Origin: Gammaproteobacteria bacterium
GTDB taxonomy: Bacteria; Pseudomonadota; Gammaproteobacteria; Eutrophobiales; Eutrophobiaceae
NCBI GenBank assembly: GCA_965221695.1
Contig: OZ244905.1
Span: forward strand, 1,024,001-1,088,000
Direction of reading: 5' to 3'
DNA length: 64,000 bases
Below the pieces are notes generated by a model. It made no database searches. It saw only the letters and a program-made list of their open reading frames with translations, and was not told the DNA's origin. Shown here one piece after another: positions 46,101 through 52,100 of this stretch. Within the stretch, counting starts at the first letter, position 1. Each line of letters begins with the position of its first letter. The position numbers and the translations under genes were made by a program.

Positions 46101-49100
46101 TCTCGAATGCGTATTGCGTGCCGTTGGTCAGGCCGGTCACGTCGTGGCTGATGGTGGTCTCGCCGCTGCCGGTGATGTCCCCCCAGGTGGCGGTGGCCGG
46201 CACGGTTGACCCGGCGCCGTAGCGGACCTGGTACTTGGTGATGGTGTCGTCGTTCGGGTCGGTCCAATTGAGCGTTACCTGCGTGTCGCCCGCAGTCGCG
46301 GCCAGGCCGGTGGGGGCGTCAGGCACAGGCGGCGTTGCCGTGAATATGATCTTCTGATTGCCGATGGCGTGCTCGATGTGGAAGTCGTCATCGCCCAGAG
46401 TGGTGAGCAGGGTGCCTGTGAAGGTGATGTCTTGATCCAGACTGTAAATGCCTCCGCTAATGTGGCTAGCGCTTAGTTCCAGGTCCGCAAGTAGAGGATC
46501 TGTTCCATGGCCGAAGTGAAATCCCGAGTTATAACTGCCTAAATTCTCCACTTCCCTATTTCCCGTATAGGAACTCTCACCGGTAGTGGAGATATCGGGA
46601 AGCTGGTTGTAATAATTTACCGATAACCTGCTGGAAGGAAAGAGCACCCACTGAGACAGATCACCCATCTTGATCACGGGCCGGGCGTTCTGGTTAGTAG
46701 TGCTACTAAGATTGAAACCCGAGACATCCAGACTACCCGAAGCGGCAATGGTCACGGTGCTACCGTCATCGGAGAACGTGAACGTCAGCGTGCGTGCCGG
46801 GGTTGGCGCGGTGGGTGTGGCCGTCACCGTGGCCGAGGCATCGCTGTTGCCGGTGGTGTTCACCGCGCGGATTTCAAACGCATATTGCGTGCCGTTCGTC
46901 AGGCCGGTCACGTCGTGGCTGATGGTGGTCGCGCCGCTGCCGGTAATGTCCTCCCAGGTGGCGGTGGCCGGCACGGTGGACCCGGCGCCGTAGCGCACCT
47001 GATACTTGGTAATGGTGTCGTCGTTCGGGTCGGTCCAGTTCAGAGTCGCCTGCGTATCACCGGCTGTCGCAGTCAGACCCGTCGGCGCAGCCGGTACCGT
47101 GGCGGTGGTGGTCGTGAATATGATCTTCTGATTGCCAATGGCGTGCTCAATGTGGAAGTCGTTGTCGCCCACGGTGTTGAGCACGGTGCCAGTGAACGTC
47201 ACTTCGTCACCTGTCGGGTCGTAGATGTCCCCGGTGAGATTGGCTTTGTCTACGAACAGTAACTTTCTGTAAGTGTTGAACCGGAGACTGAATTCGTAGT
47301 TGTAGTTGCTCAGGTTGATAATTTCTTGGTTACCCGAGTACGAATTCAAACCAGTAGTTACGATATTTGGGAGCGAGTTATAACGGCTTATCGGTGTGGT
47401 ATTGTCAGATGGCGTTGCAAAAATCTGCCATTTCTCAAATTCCTGATTAAATAGGACATATCCCACAGACGTCACTAGCGTCGGCACCGTATCTCCCGCA
47501 GGACTGAAACCCGAAACATCCAAACTACCCGAGGCGGCAATAGTCACAGTGCTGCCATCATCGGAGAACGTGAACGTCAGCGTACGTGCCGGGGTCGGCG
47601 CGGTGGGCATCGCCGTCACCGTGGCCGAGGCATCGCTGTTGCCGGTCGCGTTCACCGCGCGGATTTCAAACGCATATTGCGTGCCGTTGGTCAGGCCCGT
47701 TACGGTGTGGGTCTTGGTCTCGTCGTCGCTGCCGGTAATGTCCTCCCAGCTAGCAGTGGCGGGTACGGTAGACCCGGCGCCATAGCGCACCTGGTACTTG
47801 GTGATGCTGGTGTTTTGCGGGTCGGTCCAATTGAGCGTCACCTGCGTGTCGCCTGCTGCCGCAGACAGGCCCGTGGGCGCGGCCGGGGCCGGCAGCGTTG
47901 GCGTGGCCGTGGCCGTCGCCGCAGTACTGTTGCCGGCGGTGTTGGTGGCGCGTACGGCAAACGTGTAACCCGTGCCGTTGGTCAGGCCCATGGCCGTGTA
48001 GGTCGTGGCTGTTGCGGCCAGGTCAGTCCACGTATCGGTGTTGTCATTAAACGGCAGGTCGGCGGTGGCCTTGTAGCGGACCTGGATGTTGGTAATCGTG
48101 CTGGCGTTGGTCGGGTTGGTCCAGGTCAGGGTGACCTGGGCGTTGCCCGCCGTTGCCGTCAGGCCAGTCGGGGCGTCGGGTATCGCCAGCGCAGGGGTGG
48201 CCGTGACCGTGGCCGACGCATCACTGTTGCCGGTCACATTGACTGCGCGAATCTCGAATGCGTATTGGGTGCCGTTGGTCAGGCCCGTTACTATGTGGCT
48301 GGTGGTCGTGGCACCACTGCCGGTAATGTCGTCCCAGGTGGCGGTGGCGGGCACGGTGGACCCGGCGCCGTAGCGTACCTGGTACTTGGTGATGGTGTCG
48401 TCGTTCGGGTCGGTCCAGTTCAGAGTCACCTGCGTATCACCGGCTGTCGCAGTCAGACCCGTCGGCGCTGCCGGTACTGTAGCGGTGGTGGTCGTGAATA
48501 TGATCTTCTGCGTGCCAATCGCGTGCTCAATGTGGAAGTCATTGTCCCCAAGAGTTCCGGACAGTGTGCCGGTGAACGTCACATTCTTGCCCGTCAGGTC
48601 ATAAATGTTTCCGGTGAGATTGGCCTTGTCTATGTACAACCACTTAAAATTGGTGTCGAAATAGATAGCAAAATCGTGGCTGTAGTTGCTCAGGGTTTCG
48701 ATTTGCGCATTACCCGTGTAGGTGCTCGTGCCTGTGGTCACAAAGTTCGGGAGCGAGTCGTACCAGCTAAGTGGTGTGGTATCCAACTGAGGCATAATTT
48801 GCCATATCTCCGTATCGTCTATAAGCAGACCTCTGTATCCCTCAGCTTGCGGCGTGCTATCCAGGACATAATTGAAGCCCGAGACATCCAAACTGCCCGA
48901 AGCGGCAATGGTGACGGTAGTTCCATCATCGGAGAACGTGAACGTCAGCGTGCGTGCAGGGGCCGGCGCTCTCGGTGTGGCCGTGGCCGTCGCCCGAGTA
49001 CTGCTGCCGGCGGTGTTGGTGGCACGTACTTCGAAGGTGTAGCCGGTACCGTTGGTCAGGCTCGTGGCCGTGTAGGTCGTGGCCGTGCCGTCGTTGAGGT

Positions 49101-52100
49101 TGGTCCAGGTGTCGGTGGTGTCGTTGAAAGGCAGGTCAGCGGTGGCCTTCCAGCGGACCTGTATATCGCCAATCACGCTGGTATTGGTCGGCAGCGTCCA
49201 GGTCAGGGTGACCTGGGCGTTGCCCGCTGTTGCCGTCAGGCCGGTCGGGGCGTCGGGTATCGCCAGCGCGGGGGTGGCCGTCACCGTGGCTGACGCATCG
49301 CTGTTGCCGGTCACATTGACTGCGCGAATCTCAAATGCGTATTGGGTGCCGTTGGTCAGGTTGTCAACGGTGTGGGTCGTGGTCGTGGCGCCGCTGCCGG
49401 TGATGTCCTCCCAGGTGGCGGTGGCGGGCACGGTTGACCCGGCGCCGTAGCGCACCTGGTACTTGGTAATGGTGTCGTCGTTCGGGTCGGTCCAGTTCAG
49501 AGTCGCCTGCGTATCACCGGCTGTCGCAGTCAGACCCGTCGGCGCCGCCGGTACTGTGGCGGTGGTGGTCGTGAAGATGATCTTCTGCGTGCCAATCGCG
49601 TGCTCAATGTGGAAGTCATTGTCCCCAAGAGTTCCGGACAGTGTGCCGGTGAACGTCACATTCTTGCCCGTCAGGTCATAAATGTTTCCGGTGAGATTGG
49701 CCTGGTCCAATTCCAAGGTCTGATCCAAACTGTCGTTTCGAAAATAGATGCTGAAGTCGTGGCTGTAGTTGCTCAGGGTTGCGATTTCCCCATTACCCGT
49801 ATAGGTATTCAACCCGGTGGTTGTGATATTCGTGAACGAGTCATATTTGCTAATTGGTGTGGCGTCCAGGAGCTGCGGATGAATCTGCCATCTCTTCAGA
49901 TCGCCCAAAAATAGACCTGGGTACCCATCACTATTATTCAACGTCGTATTAAATGGATTACCGAAGTCGGAAACATCCAAACTGCCCGAAGCAGCAATGG
50001 TGATGGTAGTTCCATCATCAGAGAACGTGAACGTCAGCGTGCGTGCAGGGGCCGGCGCCCTCGGTGTGGCCGTGGCGGTGGCCGCCGTACTGTTGCCGGC
50101 GGTGTTGGTGGCGCGCACCGCAAACGTGTAATCGGTGCCGTTGGTCAGGCTTATCGCCGTGTAGGTGGTGGCGGTGGCAGCCAGGTTGGTCCAGGTGTCG
50201 GTATTGACAAACGGCAGGTCAGCCGTGGCCTTGTAGCGGACTTGCAGGTTGTCAAGCGTGCTGGCGTTGGTCGGGTTGGTCCAGTTTAAGATAACCTGGG
50301 TGTCACCGGCGGTGGCTGTCAGGTTCGTCGGTGCGTCGGGGGCAGACAAGGTCGGGGTGGCCGTGACCGTGTCCGAGTCCGGGCCGTTGGCGGCGCCGAC
50401 CACCGCGCGTATCTGGAACGCATACACCTGGCCGTTGGTCAGGTTGTCAACGGTGTGGGTCGTGGTCGTCGCGGTGGCGCCGGCGATGTCGGTCCAGGGG
50501 GTGGTGGCCGGTATGGTGTTGCCCTGGGCATAGCGCACCTGGTACCTGGTGATGGTACTGTCGTTCGGGTTGGTCCAGGTCAGCGTGACCTCGGTGTCGC
50601 CGGCAGCGGCAGTCAGATTAGTGGGCTTGGCCGGGGCCTCGTCCACATCGGTGACCGTCACCGTGTAGACGGCTGAGGTCACCGTGTTGGTGTTCGCATC
50701 CGTCGCCGTTAACGTGTACTCGTAAGTGTTGCCGGTGTCACTGTCGGTCGGGGTCTCAAAGTCCCGCGCCGCCAGGCTCACCCGCGCCCCGGTCTGACTC
50801 TGGTTCGCCGCCGGCAGCGTAAACTCGGCCGCATCCGCCCCGCCCAGTGTCCACGTGACCGCGCCCAGGGCGCCGGTCAAGGATGCATCCACCGTGTAAG
50901 CCTGGTTCTCGCTCACGCTGGCATCGGCCAGGCCCGTCAGCGTCAGTGTGGCGGGCTCATCGATATTGGTAATGGTGATGGCCACGTTCACCGTGTCGCT
51001 GTTGCCGTCATCGTCCGTCGCCGTTAACGTGTACACATAAATGTTATTGGCGTCGTTGTCCGTCGGGACCTCGAAGTCCTTGGCGCCCAGGGTTACGGTG
51101 GCGCCGGTGTTGCTCTGGTTCGACAGGGTAAAGCCGCTCGCATTGGCGTCGTCGCCGGTCAACGCCCAGGTGATGTTGCCCACCGGCGTGCCGGTCAAGG
51201 TCGCATTGCCGGTGTAGGCCGTATTCTCGGCCAAGTTGGCATCGGCCACACCGCCGAGGGTTAGCGTGGGCGTAATACGGATGTCGAACGTCAGCGTGGC
51301 CGTATCCCCGTCCGCATCGGTGGCGGTGTAGGTGTATTCGGTGGCCGCCTGCGGCGCGGTCGGCGTGCCGGTTAAGGTACGGGCGGTGGCGTCAAACGTC
51401 AGACCCGCCGGCGGGGTCGGCGTTAACGTGTACGCCAGTGTGCCGTCACCGCCGGTCGCTTGCGGCAGGTTCAGCGTGGTAATCGCCGTACCCTGCGGGT
51501 AGGTCTGGTCGGCAATGGTCTGCGTGCCGAAGCCCGGCAGCGCATTCGCGGTGACCGCGACCGTGGCCGTGAGGCCGGCGTAGTTGCCGCCGGTAGCGGC
51601 TAAGGTGAGGGTGGCGTTGCCGTTAGGTGACGGGTTGGCCGCCATGGTCACCGTGACCGTCTGTGCGGTGTTGTAGTTGGTGGCGCTGAACGTCAGCGAC
51701 GTCGGGTTGACCGTCACATTGGTGTTGTTGCTGGCCACGGTGATGGCGACCGCGGCGGTCGGGGCCGCGACCAGGGTCACATCAAAGGTGTTGCTGCCGC
51801 CCTCATCGACCACCAGGGTGGCCGGTGCGACGGTAATGGCCGGGTCCGGTCTGGGGGTGGCGGTGACCGTGTCCGAGTCCGGGCCGTTGACGGCGCCGAC
51901 CACCGCGCGTATCTGGAACGCATACACCTGGCCGTTGGTCAGGTTGTCAACGGTGTGGGTCGTGGTCGTCGCGGTGGCGCCGGCGATGTCGGTCCAGGGG
52001 GTGGTGGCCGGTATGGTGTTGCCCTGGGCATAGCGCACCTGGTACCTGGTGATGGTACTGTCGTTCGGGTTGGTCCAGGTCAGCGTGACCTCGGTGTCGC

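Noticed and set aside
28440-50045. Diversity-generating retroelement as the source of the variable domains
   Set aside because: No reverse transcriptase or template repeat in the window, differences are not adenine-restricted, and they include indels. A remote DGR cannot be fully excluded from this window alone.
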